From Solirubrobacteraceae bacterium (GTDB lineage: Bacteria; Actinomycetota; Thermoleophilia; Solirubrobacterales; Solirubrobacteraceae): 64,000 nucleotides of DNA. Shown in pieces: positions 46,898 to 55,543 of this stretch. Each line of letters starts with the position of its first letter. The stretch's first letter is position 1. Both the position numbers and the translations under genes were made by a program. The DNA lies in contig DASSGR010000195.1 of the NCBI GenBank assembly GCA_035693425.1, positions 10,032-74,031 of the forward strand, given 5' to 3'. Below the pieces are notes generated by a model. It was given only the letters and a program-made list of their open reading frames with translations. It was not told the origin of the DNA and ran no database searches.

Positions 46898-47395
46898 ATG
46901 ACGAACCTGATCTACACAACGATTGACAGTCCGATCGGCGAGCTGCTGCTCGTCGGCGACGGCGAGCGGCTGCACCGGCTGTCGATGCAGGGCGGCCGCC
47001 GGCCGACCCCGATCGACCCGCGCTGGGAGCGGCGCGACGACGCGTTCGTCGAGGTCCGCTCGCAGCTCGCCGAGTACTTCGACGGACGGCGGCAGGAGTT
47101 CGACGTGCCGTTGGGACTGGCGGGCAATGAGTTCGAGCTGCGCGTGTGGGAGGCGCTGTGCCGGATCCCCTACGGCGAGACCGTCAGCTACGGCGAGATC
47201 GCGCGGGAGATCGGCGCGCCCACCGCCGCTCGCGCCGTCGGCCTTGCCAACGGCCGCAACCCGGTCGCCGTGATCGTGCCGTGCCACCGCGTGATCGGCG
47301 CGGACGGGGGTTTGACCGGCTACGGAGGCGGGCTCGAGCGCAAGCGCTTGCTCCTGGACCTCGAGTCCGGAGTCCTCCCGCTCACCACCGTCTAG
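46898..47395 (+). CDS. ogt: Methylated-DNA--protein-cysteine methyltransferase
   Basis: IPYGETVSYGEIA, ARAVGLANGRNP, active site IVPCHRVIG. Confidence 0.95.
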   Translation: MTNLIYTTIDSPIGELLLVGDGERLHRLSMQGGRRPTPIDPRWERRDDAFVEVRSQLAEYFDGRRQEFDVPLGLAGNEFELRVWEALCRIPYGETVSYGEIAREIGAPTAARAVGLANGRNPVAVIVPCHRVIGADGGLTGYGGGLERKRLLLDLESGVLPLTTV

Positions 47396-47411
47396 CCCCT
47401 CTGGACAAGGC

Positions 47412-47450
47412 GGGGCGAGAAACGCGTCATATATCGACGTTTCTCGCCCC
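47412..47450. terminator. 13 bp stem hairpin GGGGCGAGAAACG-N13-CGTTTCTCGCCCC after ogt; probable terminator
   Basis: Perfect inverted repeat 16 bp after the ogt stop. Confidence 0.55.
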
Positions 47451-47456
47451 ACCCTC

Positions 47457-47508
47457 TTGTGCTTCGGGATTCGAAGCGCTACCGTGCGCTTCGGAACCCG
47501 AAGCACAA
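47457..47508. promoter_or_regulatory. 52 bp near-perfect palindrome made of two GCTTCG-N5-CGAAGC units flanking TACCGT (-10-like)
   Basis: Arms match at 21/23 positions; 15 bp upstream of the ATG at 47524. Confidence 0.6.
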
Positions 47509-47523
47509 TCCCGGAGAACCCCC

Positions 47524-48090
47524 ATGCAACGCCTCGCGCCGCTGGACCCGCCCTACGACCCCGACGTCGCGCGAACCCTCAGCCGGATGATGCCCCCCGG
47601 CCAGGAGCCGCTGAAGCTGTTCCGGACGATCGCGCACAACCGCCACATCCTCGACAAGCTCCGCAGCACCGGCTCCTACCTGCTCAACTTCGGCACGCTT
47701 GACCCGGCCGATCGCGAGCTCGTGATCCAGCGAACTTGCGCTCGCTGCGCCTGCGAATACGAATGGGGTGTCCATGCCGCCGTGTTCGGCCCCCAGGTCG
47801 GCCTCAACGGCGCCAAGCTCGCCGCCACTGTGACCGCGCCCCCCGATGACGACGCTGCGCCGTGGACCGCGCGGGAGGCGCTGCTGGTCGCGCTCGTCGA
47901 CGAGCTCCATGACACCAGCACGGTCTCCGACCACACCTGGATCGCGCTGACCCGGCACTACGACGAGGCCCAGCTCGTCGAGCTGATCGCGCTCGCCGGC
48001 CAGTACCACGCGGTCTCGTTCATGGCCAACGCGTTCGGCGTCGAGCACGAGGACGCCGCGGAGCGATTCCCCGCAGCGAAGGCGGCTTAA
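47524..48090 (+). CDS. Carboxymuconolactone decarboxylase/AhpD-like family protein
   Basis: RELVIQRTCARCACEYEWGVH, LVDELHDT, QLVELIALAGQY. Confidence 0.85.
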   Translation: MQRLAPLDPPYDPDVARTLSRMMPPGQEPLKLFRTIAHNRHILDKLRSTGSYLLNFGTLDPADRELVIQRTCARCACEYEWGVHAAVFGPQVGLNGAKLAATVTAPPDDDAAPWTAREALLVALVDELHDTSTVSDHTWIALTRHYDEAQLVELIALAGQYHAVSFMANAFGVEHEDAAERFPAAKAA

Positions 48091-48539
48091 GAGCCCTTCA
48101 GCTCCTTCACGGCAGCGGCGACAAACCCCTCGGCCAGCCCGTCGCCGACGCCGCCGACCGGCAAGAACCGCGGCACGTCGAGGCTGGCCGACAGGTCGAG
48201 CCGCACGACGGTGGGGCCTGTGTCCTCCACGAGCCAGGTCACCTCGAACTGCTCCGGACCCGAATGCGCGTCCAGCACCTTCGTCAGCCTGACCTGGCGC
48301 GCCCCGTCGCTTGCGACCGACATCACGAGATTGAAGTCCTTGACCAACGGCCCGCGCGCGACATGAAGCTTGGTCCGGACGCGGGTCGGATTCCCGGCGT
48401 CACTCCTCGCGAGGACCTCGACCTCCCGGACCACGTCCGGATGCCACTCCGGATACCGGTCGACTGCCTCGAGCAGGGCCACGCACTGGTCCACTGGCGC
48501 GTCGACGGCTGAGTACGCGGACCCGTGGAGCTCCTTCAT
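48087..48539 (-). CDS. SRPBCC/polyketide cyclase (START-like) family protein
   Basis: VDAPVDQC...VDRYPEWHPDVVREVEVL. Confidence 0.75.
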   Translation of the reverse strand: MKELHGSAYSAVDAPVDQCVALLEAVDRYPEWHPDVVREVEVLARSDAGNPTRVRTKLHVARGPLVKDFNLVMSVASDGARQVRLTKVLDAHSGPEQFEVTWLVEDTGPTVVRLDLSASLDVPRFLPVGGVGDGLAEGFVAAAVKELKGS

Positions 48540-48570
48540 CGGCGCCCATCATACGCGCGGGCGCCGGCGC

Positions 48571-49020
48571 TCAGCCCTGCCCGCCGGCGAGCCCCTTGCT
48601 CCGCAGCTCCTCCAGCGCCGAGTCGCTCTTGCCGAGCCCGTCGAGACCCATTCCGTCCAGCACCTCGGGGGTCTTGCTGAACTGGATGTCGCGGTAGTCG
48701 ACGATCTGGATGTGGTTGCCCCAGGGGTCGTTGAAGTCCAGCGAGCCCGACGGGCGCACCGGCACGCCTGCCTCGTGGAGGGCGTGGCGCACCGCCTCCT
48801 TGTCGTCGACCACCAGCCCGAAGTGGCGGGCCTCGTCGGGGCTCTGCTCGCGTCCGGCCGACAGCGCGATGAACTGGTCGCCCATGTCGACGAACGCCAT
48901 CCGCGAGCCGTGCCGGCCGCGCAACTCGATGTCGAACATCCGCCCATACCACGCAAGCGCGTCCTCGATGTCGCCGACCTCGAGCGCGACGTGATTGATG
49001 CCGACCAGGCGGGTCATCAC
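48571..49020 (-). CDS. VOC/glyoxalase family protein
   Basis: GINHVALEV.DIE.AL.WY, HFGLVV, DPWGNHIQIV. Confidence 0.88.
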   Translation of the reverse strand: MMTRLVGINHVALEVGDIEDALAWYGRMFDIELRGRHGSRMAFVDMGDQFIALSAGREQSPDEARHFGLVVDDKEAVRHALHEAGVPVRPSGSLDFNDPWGNHIQIVDYRDIQFSKTPEVLDGMGLDGLGKSDSALEELRSKGLAGGQG

Positions 49021-49361
49021 GCGGCCCGTCCGGCGGCGCGGCGCTCGATGATTCGGTTGTAGTTGAGCCGCATCAGCTCGATCACGTCGTCGACGTCGGA
49101 CTGATCCTCGATCCGGCGCGCGGCCGGACCCTCCTTGTCTGGGAACACCGGGTGGTGGACGACGCGGCCCTCATCGAACAGGCGGTGCCAGACGTCCTTC
49201 GGAAAGAAGAAATGCGCGGCGTGGTCGCCGTGCAAGTGCCCGACCTCGCGCGGGCCGACCTTGAAGGCGAACTCTCCGCGGCGGCCGTAGCCGGCTTCGA
49301 CGCCCTCCCAGGACGTGACCTCTGCGGTGATCTGCTGGCTGGCTGTCTGTGAGCTTGTCAT
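49017..49361 (-). CDS. Luciferase-like/DUF5519 family hypothetical protein
   Basis: FKVGPREVGHLHG, DVIELMRLNY; ATG 49361 with AAGGAG. Confidence 0.7.
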   Translation of the reverse strand: MTSSQTASQQITAEVTSWEGVEAGYGRRGEFAFKVGPREVGHLHGDHAAHFFFPKDVWHRLFDEGRVVHHPVFPDKEGPAARRIEDQSDVDDVIELMRLNYNRIIERRAAGRAA

Positions 49362-49485
49362 CGCGTGCTCCTTCATTGTCCAGGCGATCTTTTCCACGCG
49401 ATCAATGCTGGAGAAGTGTCCGCCCGGTTTCCAGACGCACTTAGTCCTAGGCCCAACGACCGAGCCGGGCGGCACCGGGAGCGCG

Positions 49486-50115
49486 CTACGAGAGCCAGTG
49501 CCAGCCGTCGGTGACCTGCTTGACCGAAGCGAGGTTGTCGCTGTAGGCGCTGGGAAGCGCCGAGTACGTGATCGTGTAGATCGTGCCGCTCTTGGCCACA
49601 AACACTTGGTACTGGTGGAGCAGGCGGTGCTTGTCGGGCAGGCTGAGGTAGTCGATCGCTCTGGCGGGCTGCCCATCGACCGTCAGCGACTGAATCTGCG
49701 AGAAATCGTGTGCCTGCGGCTCGGCGCGCTTGACCCCGGCGATCTCTAAGCCCGCGATCGTGTCGATCCTCGTCTGCCCTCCGCTCGGCTCGGCGACGAC
49801 GTTGATGTTCGTCGCGAAGCCACCGTGCGAGGGAGCGGCCGCCAGGTACTGGATCTTGATCGGTGCCTGGACGCTACTCCGCGCGTTGACGAAGCCGTCG
49901 GGGATCACCGTCGCAAACTGCCCGTCGGCGCTTTTGACCGTGCCCGGCGGCGCTGTCGTGGTCGTCGTCGCCGTGCCGGTGGTGGTTGCCGGCGACTGTG
50001 AGCTCGTGCTCGACGAGGATGAGCTCGTGTGCAACAGCGTCGTCTTGCTGCCGCACCCGGCGATCGCCGAGGCACTCAGGATCAGGGCTGCCAGGCGCCT
50101 CGCGCGCATCGGCAT
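49486..50115 (-). CDS. Lipoprotein with Ser/Thr-rich linker and a PsbP/DcrB-like domain
   Basis: Lipobox AIAG-C; SSSSSSTSSQSPATTTGTATTTTT linker; FATNINV, TIYTITYS. Confidence 0.72.
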   Translation of the reverse strand: MPMRARRLAALILSASAIAGCGSKTTLLHTSSSSSSTSSQSPATTTGTATTTTTAPPGTVKSADGQFATVIPDGFVNARSSVQAPIKIQYLAAAPSHGGFATNINVVAEPSGGQTRIDTIAGLEIAGVKRAEPQAHDFSQIQSLTVDGQPARAIDYLSLPDKHRLLHQYQVFVAKSGTIYTITYSALPSAYSDNLASVKQVTDGWHWLS

Positions 50116-50178
50116 GGAGGCTAACCGCTCGGCGACGGTTCGGCGCTTGCAATCCGTCCGGACCCCCACCTAGCTTGG

Positions 50179-50194
50179 CGGAACACGTGTTCGA
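50179..50194. promoter_or_regulatory. LexA SOS box (GAAC-N4-GTTC): CGGAACACGTGTTCGA, just after the -10-like TAGCTT
   Basis: Core GAAC-ACGT-GTTC at 50181-50192, 30 bp upstream of the helicase ATG. Confidence 0.75.
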
Positions 50195-50222
50195 CACGAC
50201 AGCCGCCACCGCCACCGAGACA

Positions 50223-52238
50223 ATGCCGTGGCTCGATCAGCTCAACCCCGAACAGCGCGCGGCCGCGACCCACCCCGGCGGCCCGCTGTTGATCCTCGCT
50301 GGAGCGGGCACCGGCAAGACGACGACGTTGTGCTCGCGAGTTGCCTGGCTGGTGACCGAGGGCGTGGCGCCGGAGCGGATCCTGCTGCTGACCTTCACGC
50401 GGCGCGCGGCGCGGGAGATGCTCCAACGTGCGCGTTCACTGGCTCCGATCCCGTCCGGCTCGCGCGGCGTGGTCGGCGGCACGTTTCACTCGGTCGCCCA
50501 CCGATTCGTGCGCATGCACGCCGCCTCGCTCGGCCTGGCGCCCGGATTCGCCGTGCTCGACGCCGGCGACGCCGCCGACCTGCTCGATCTGATCCGCGAG
50601 GAGCACGGCCATGCCCAGCGCCAGCGCCGGTTTCCCAAGAAGAGCACGCTGCTGGACATCTACTCGCGAACCGTCAACGCGCAACGAACGCTGTCGGAGG
50701 TCGTCGCCGAGAGCTTTCCGTGGTGCGAGGACCACGTCGAGGACATCGCGTCGCTGCTCAAGGCCTATACCGCCCGCAAGCGCGCGCTCGGCGTGATCGA
50801 CCTCGACGACCTGCTGCTGTACTGGCGCGCGCTGGCCGCCGACGAGGTGATCGGGCCCGCGATCGATGACGGCTTCGACCACGTTCTGGTCGACGAGTAC
50901 CAGGACGTCAACGGGCTGCAGGTTGAGATCCTGCTCGGCCTGCGCAGCCGCTGCCGCGAGGTCACCGCCGTCGGCGACGACCTCCAGGCGATCTACGGGT
51001 GGCGCTCGGCGTCGCCCCAGCACATCCTGGAATTCGCCGACCACTTTCCCGAGGCCACCCTGGTCACCCTCGAGCGCAACTACCGCTCGAGCCAGCCGAT
51101 CCTCGACACCGCCAACGTGCTGGCGGCGCAGGCGTCTCGGTCGTATCGCAAGCAGCTGCGCACCGAGCTCGAGCACGGCGCTCGCCCGGAGCTGATCTTC
51201 TGCCGCGACGAGTCCGCGCAGGCCGGCGAGGTGTGCGAGCGGGTGCTGCAGGCTCGCGAGCAGGGGATGGAGCTGCGCTCGCAGGCGGTGCTGATGCGCG
51301 CCTCCCATGACAGCGACCTGCTCGAGCTCGAGCTCACCCGACGCCAGATCCCGTTCGTCAAGTACGGCGGCCTGCGTTACCTCGAGGCCGCACACGTAAA
51401 GGACCTGATCGCCCTGTTTCGCCTGGTCGACAATCCGGCCAACGAGCTGTCGTGGTTCCGCGTCCTGCAGCTGCTCGAAGGGGTAGGCCCGGTGACGGCG
51501 CGCCGCGTGCTCGACTCGCTGATCGCAGGCCAGTCGGGCGGCGCCGACGGCCTGGCGGGCTGGGCTCGCGCCCGCGAGCACCTGCCCGGCTCGGTCCGCG
51601 AATCCGCCGACAGCGTGATCCAAGCCCTCCGCACCGCGCGCGGACCGGTCGCGACCGGCGTCGGCGCCGAGGCGCTGCGCGACGCGCTGGCGCCGCTGGT
51701 CACCGCTCGCTACCCCGACGGCGCCGTCCGGCTCGCCGACCTCGAGCAGCTGGTGGCGGCAGCGCGCGAGGCTCCGGACCTCGGTCACTTCGCCGCTGAG
51801 CTTGCGCTCGACCCGCCGCAGTCCAGTTCGGATTTGGCGGGACCGCCCCACCTAGACGAGGATTACCTCGTGCTGTCAACGATCCACTCCGCCAAGGGAC
51901 TCGAATGGGGCGCGGTGCACGTGCTTTCCCTGTACGACGGCAACTTCCCGGCGTGCATGTCGGCGGGCACCAGCGAGAGCATCGAGGAGGAGCGCCGGCT
52001 GCTGTACGTCGCGATGACTCGCGCGCGCCGCCGCCTGTACCTGCATGTGCCGGTGCGCTACTACCACCGGCCGCGGGGAATCGACGACGCGCATGGGTAC
52101 GGCAAGCCTTCACGGTTCTTGACCGATGAGGTGCGGCGCACCTGTGAGCTGATCAGATCCGACGAGCGGATCGCTGCGGCACGAACCGATCACCCGCCGC
52201 GGAAGATCAGCGTGTCGGTCGACGCGCTGTTTCGGTAA
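50223..52238 (+). CDS. UvrD/PcrA/Rep family ATP-dependent DNA helicase
   Basis: LNPEQR, AGAGTGKT, TFHS, LVDEYQD, VGDDLQAIY, LERNYRS, STIHSAKGLEW, EERRLLYVAMTRA. Confidence 0.93.
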   Translation: MPWLDQLNPEQRAAATHPGGPLLILAGAGTGKTTTLCSRVAWLVTEGVAPERILLLTFTRRAAREMLQRARSLAPIPSGSRGVVGGTFHSVAHRFVRMHAASLGLAPGFAVLDAGDAADLLDLIREEHGHAQRQRRFPKKSTLLDIYSRTVNAQRTLSEVVAESFPWCEDHVEDIASLLKAYTARKRALGVIDLDDLLLYWRALAADEVIGPAIDDGFDHVLVDEYQDVNGLQVEILLGLRSRCREVTAVGDDLQAIYGWRSASPQHILEFADHFPEATLVTLERNYRSSQPILDTANVLAAQASRSYRKQLRTELEHGARPELIFCRDESAQAGEVCERVLQAREQGMELRSQAVLMRASHDSDLLELELTRRQIPFVKYGGLRYLEAAHVKDLIALFRLVDNPANELSWFRVLQLLEGVGPVTARRVLDSLIAGQSGGADGLAGWARAREHLPGSVRESADSVIQALRTARGPVATGVGAEALRDALAPLVTARYPDGAVRLADLEQLVAAAREAPDLGHFAAELALDPPQSSSDLAGPPHLDEDYLVLSTIHSAKGLEWGAVHVLSLYDGNFPACMSAGTSESIEEERRLLYVAMTRARRRLYLHVPVRYYHRPRGIDDAHGYGKPSRFLTDEVRRTCELIRSDERIAAARTDHPPRKISVSVDALFR

Positions 52239-53800
52239 TGGGCACGCGCCCTGCGGGGGGCAGCACCGACGTGGTGATCGTCGGCGCCGGCCACAACGGG
52301 CTGGTTGCGGCGACGATGCTGGCGCGCGCGGGCCGCTCGGTGCTCGTGCTCGAGCGGCGCGACCAGCTCGGCGGCGCGGCCGTGTCGGCGGCGCCGTTTC
52401 CCGGTGTCGGCGTGCGCGTGTCGCGCTACGCCTACCTGGTGAGCCTGTTCCCGGCGGCGCTGGGACGCGAGCTCGGGCTCGACGTGGAGCTGCGTCGCCG
52501 CCGGGTGGCGTCGTACACCCCGTGCGGGGACACGGGACTGCTCGTGGACCGCGACGATGCAACCACGCACGAGTCGATGACGCGCGCCACCGGCGATCCG
52601 AGCGCTTTCGCCGCCTGGCAGCGCTTCTACGCGAGCATCGCCGGCGTCGCGCCGCGTCTGTTCGCCACGCTGACCGAGCCGCTGCGCTCGCGCGAGGAGA
52701 TGCGGACGCTGGTCGACGACGCGGCGGTATGGCGGGTCCTGTTCGAGGAGCCGCTCGCAGCGACGCTCGAGCGAACGTTCTCCTCGGATCTGGTGCGCGG
52801 CGTCGTGCTCACCGACGCGACGATCGGCACGTTTGCGCCGGCCGACGACCCGCTGCTGCGCCAGAACCGCTGCTTCCTCTACCACGTGATCGGCAACGGG
52901 ACCGGCAGGTGGGACGTGCCCGTCGGCGGCATGGGCGCGCTGAGCGACGCGCTCGCCGTGGCCGCGCGGCGCGCCGGCGCGGAGATCCGCGCCGGTCCGG
53001 AGGCCGAGGTGACGTCGATCGCCACCGACGGCGTCTCGGCCGAGGTCACGTGCGCGGACGGCGCGCTCCATCACGCGACCGATCTGCTCGCCAACGTCGC
53101 GCCGGCGGTGCTGTCCAAGCTGCTCGGCCGCGTACCCGACGGGGAGCCGCCCGAGGGCTCGCAGCTGAAGATCAACATGCTGCTTCGCCGGTTGCCCCGG
53201 CTTCGCGATCCCCACGTCGCGCCGGCCGACGCGTTCGCCGGCACGTTTCACGTCAACGAGGGCTACGAGCAGCTGCAACTCGCTTACGAACAGGCCAACG
53301 CCGGAGCCATCCCCACGGTGCCGCCGTGCGAGCTCTACTGCCACTCGCTGACCGATCCGAGCATCCTCGACGCCCGGATGCAGGGCTACGGCGCGCACAC
53401 GCTGACCCTGTTCGGCCTGCACATGCGCGCGGGGCTCTTCTCAGGCCCCGACGCGAACGCGGCGAAGGCATGGGCGGTCGAGAGGACGCTGCGATCAGTC
53501 GACTCGGTGCTGGCCGAGCCGCTCGAGGACTGCCTGTGGCACGCCCAGAACGGGACCGAGTACCTCGAGGCCCTGACGCCGGTGGAGCTCGAAGCCGAGC
53601 TCGGCATGCCCGGTGGGCACATCTTCCATCGCGACCTGTCCTGGCCGTTCGCGCTGTCGGCCGAGGAGGAGGGCACGTGGGGCGTGGAGACCGAGGACCC
53701 GAACGTGTGGATCTGTGGCGCGGGCGCGCGCCGGGGCGGCGGCGTCAGCGGGATTCCCGGGCACAACGCCGCGCGGGCCGTGCTCGCCGCCCGCCGCTGA
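52238..53800 (+). CDS. Phytoene desaturase-like FAD-dependent oxidoreductase
   Basis: VGAGHNGLVAA...LERRDQLGGAA, GGMGALS, GHIFH, GGGVSGIPGHNAA; TAATG overlap with the helicase. Confidence 0.88.
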   Translation: MGTRPAGGSTDVVIVGAGHNGLVAATMLARAGRSVLVLERRDQLGGAAVSAAPFPGVGVRVSRYAYLVSLFPAALGRELGLDVELRRRRVASYTPCGDTGLLVDRDDATTHESMTRATGDPSAFAAWQRFYASIAGVAPRLFATLTEPLRSREEMRTLVDDAAVWRVLFEEPLAATLERTFSSDLVRGVVLTDATIGTFAPADDPLLRQNRCFLYHVIGNGTGRWDVPVGGMGALSDALAVAARRAGAEIRAGPEAEVTSIATDGVSAEVTCADGALHHATDLLANVAPAVLSKLLGRVPDGEPPEGSQLKINMLLRRLPRLRDPHVAPADAFAGTFHVNEGYEQLQLAYEQANAGAIPTVPPCELYCHSLTDPSILDARMQGYGAHTLTLFGLHMRAGLFSGPDANAAKAWAVERTLRSVDSVLAEPLEDCLWHAQNGTEYLEALTPVELEAELGMPGGHIFHRDLSWPFALSAEEEGTWGVETEDPNVWICGAGARRGGGVSGIPGHNAARAVLAARR

Positions 53801-53824
53801 CGAGGCCGCCCGCGCGAGCCAGCC

Positions 53825-53876
53825 TGTCGTCCAGACGTCGTATAATGACGACAGCAAGTCGCCAGGACTGACGACA
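53825..53876 (+). promoter_or_regulatory. TATAAT -10 (53841-53846) flanked by a TGTCGTC/GACGACA inverted repeat plus a third GACGACA (53870-53876); candidate antitoxin operators
   Basis: Read directly from the sequence. Confidence 0.6.
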
Positions 53877-53887
53877 CCTCAACCGCC

Positions 53888-54571
53888 ATGAGCGCCGTGC
53901 TCGACACGATCACCGACCTTTCCAAGCCCGCCGAGGCGGCGGCCGAGATCCAGCGGCTGAACGACCAGCTCGCGGGAGAGCGCACGATCCCGCCGGGGAT
54001 CGCGGCGGCTGTCAGGGAGATCGCCACCGGCATTCAGGAGACCAACCTGCGGCGCTGGGAGACGGTCGACCCCACCCACGCCGTGATCGTGCTGCGCTCT
54101 GCGGTGAGCGCGCAGCTTGCGGTCGAGGAGCCGGACTCGCCGGTCGCACGCGACCAGTTGCGGGTGGCGCTCGAGAGCATCCGGCAGTCGCTCGCCGCGA
54201 TCGCCGAACGCGAGCCGGTCAGCGCCGAGCGCACGCCGAAGCAGATCGTGCAGTGGCTGGCGGCGCACACCGAGGTCCCGCAGACGCGGCTCGCCGAGCT
54301 GCTCGGCGTCAGCGCGCGCCAGCTCCAGCGATGGCTGTCGACGACGCAGAGCTCGCAGCCCGAGGGCAACGACGCGCGCCGGGTCCGGCTGATCGCCAGG
54401 ATCGTCAACCAGCTGCGGTTCGCGCTGACGCCCGCTGGCACCGTCGAATGGTTCCGCTGGACTCGGTCCGACCTCGGCTCGCGCGCGCCGATCGAGCTGC
54501 TCGACGATCCGATGGAGGAGCCGCGGCTGCTGATGATCGCCGGCGCGATGCGCAGCACGCTGGCGTTCTGA
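53888..54571 (+). CDS. Xre/MbcA/ParS-like antitoxin with central HTH and an extra N-terminal helical region
   Basis: PQTRLAELLGVSARQLQRW HTH; WFRWTRSDLGSRAPIELL C-terminal DUF2384-like segment; upstream of RES. Confidence 0.75.
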   Translation: MSAVLDTITDLSKPAEAAAEIQRLNDQLAGERTIPPGIAAAVREIATGIQETNLRRWETVDPTHAVIVLRSAVSAQLAVEEPDSPVARDQLRVALESIRQSLAAIAEREPVSAERTPKQIVQWLAAHTEVPQTRLAELLGVSARQLQRWLSTTQSSQPEGNDARRVRLIARIVNQLRFALTPAGTVEWFRWTRSDLGSRAPIELLDDPMEEPRLLMIAGAMRSTLAF

Positions 54572-54577
54572 CCCGCT

Positions 54578-55171
54578 GTGGTCTGCTACCGCTTTGCCGC
54601 ATACGCGACGCCGCTTCGCACGGTGCCCGCCTGGCAGCCGGCCCGCTTCAGCCGCGGCGTCGAGGATGAGCCGACCCAGTACCTGGCGCTGCATCCGTTG
54701 GGGCCGCTTGCCGAGCTGATGCGCAATGCCGAGCTGCGTTCACCCGAGCAGGTGCGCGTGATCAGCACGCGCACGTGGGCACTCGAGGTGCCGATCGACG
54801 ACCTCCCCGAGATCACGTTCGCCAACGCAGAGCGGTTCGGCGTCACCGCCGAGCAACTGGTCGGCGACGACTACGGACCATGCCAGGAGCTAGCGGTGAG
54901 ACTACGTGCGGACGTCGAGGGGCTGATCGTGCCCAGCGCGGCGCTGCCCGGCACCCGCAACGTGGTCCTGTTCGGACCGCGCGTCGCCGCGCCGTACCTG
55001 ACGCACCCCGTCAGCACGCTCGACGTCCCAGCCAGCATCACCGCCGACGGCGCACGGCCGCCGACGTCGCTGGGGACGGTCGTCCGCTTCGCGGGCGACA
55101 CGCACGCAGCACTCGACGCCTGGCGCAGCGGAATCGACTTCCGCTTCGCCGAGCCTGAATGGTCGCTGTGA
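54578..55171 (+). CDS. RES domain toxin (NAD+ phosphorylase/ADP-ribosyltransferase-like)
   Basis: R (CYRF), ARF...YLA...LAE (E), GLIVPSAA (S), NVVLF. Confidence 0.78.
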   Translation: MVCYRFAAYATPLRTVPAWQPARFSRGVEDEPTQYLALHPLGPLAELMRNAELRSPEQVRVISTRTWALEVPIDDLPEITFANAERFGVTAEQLVGDDYGPCQELAVRLRADVEGLIVPSAALPGTRNVVLFGPRVAAPYLTHPVSTLDVPASITADGARPPTSLGTVVRFAGDTHAALDAWRSGIDFRFAEPEWSL

Positions 55172-55190
55172 TCGGTCCCGAAGCCTGTAG

Positions 55191-55448
55191 CTATGGGTCT
55201 GGCAGCGGAGCCTGGCCGTTGTCGTCCGAGGGTCGAAGCAGGTCGAGCGGATCGATCTCGATCCTCCCGGCCATCCGCTCGAGGCTGCGCAGCGTCAGGT
55301 TGCGCTCGCCTCTCTCGACTCCGCCCATATACGTCCTGTGAACACCCATGATCTCGGCAAAGTTTTCCTGGCTGAGATCGTGCGCCTTCCGGTAAGCCCG
55401 GAGATTGCGGCCAAGGGCCCGCTGAAGCTCGCCCTCCATAAGTGACAC
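55191..55448 (-). CDS. XRE family HTH regulator (C-protein/HipB-like)
   Basis: LGRNLRAYR...LSQENFAEIMGVHRTYMGGVERGERNLTL. Confidence 0.85.
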   Translation of the reverse strand: MSLMEGELQRALGRNLRAYRKAHDLSQENFAEIMGVHRTYMGGVERGERNLTLRSLERMAGRIEIDPLDLLRPSDDNGQAPLPDP

Positions 55449-55543
55449 CCTCGCGTCACGCTACTGCAGATTCCACAGACTCATAGATATCGCAATCCGA
55501 CACCGATCGGGACTTTTTCGTACGTCCTGTTGGCTGCGAACGA

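Noticed and set aside
49960-50040. Low-complexity Ser/Thr codon repeats
   Set aside because: Coding linker of the lipoprotein.
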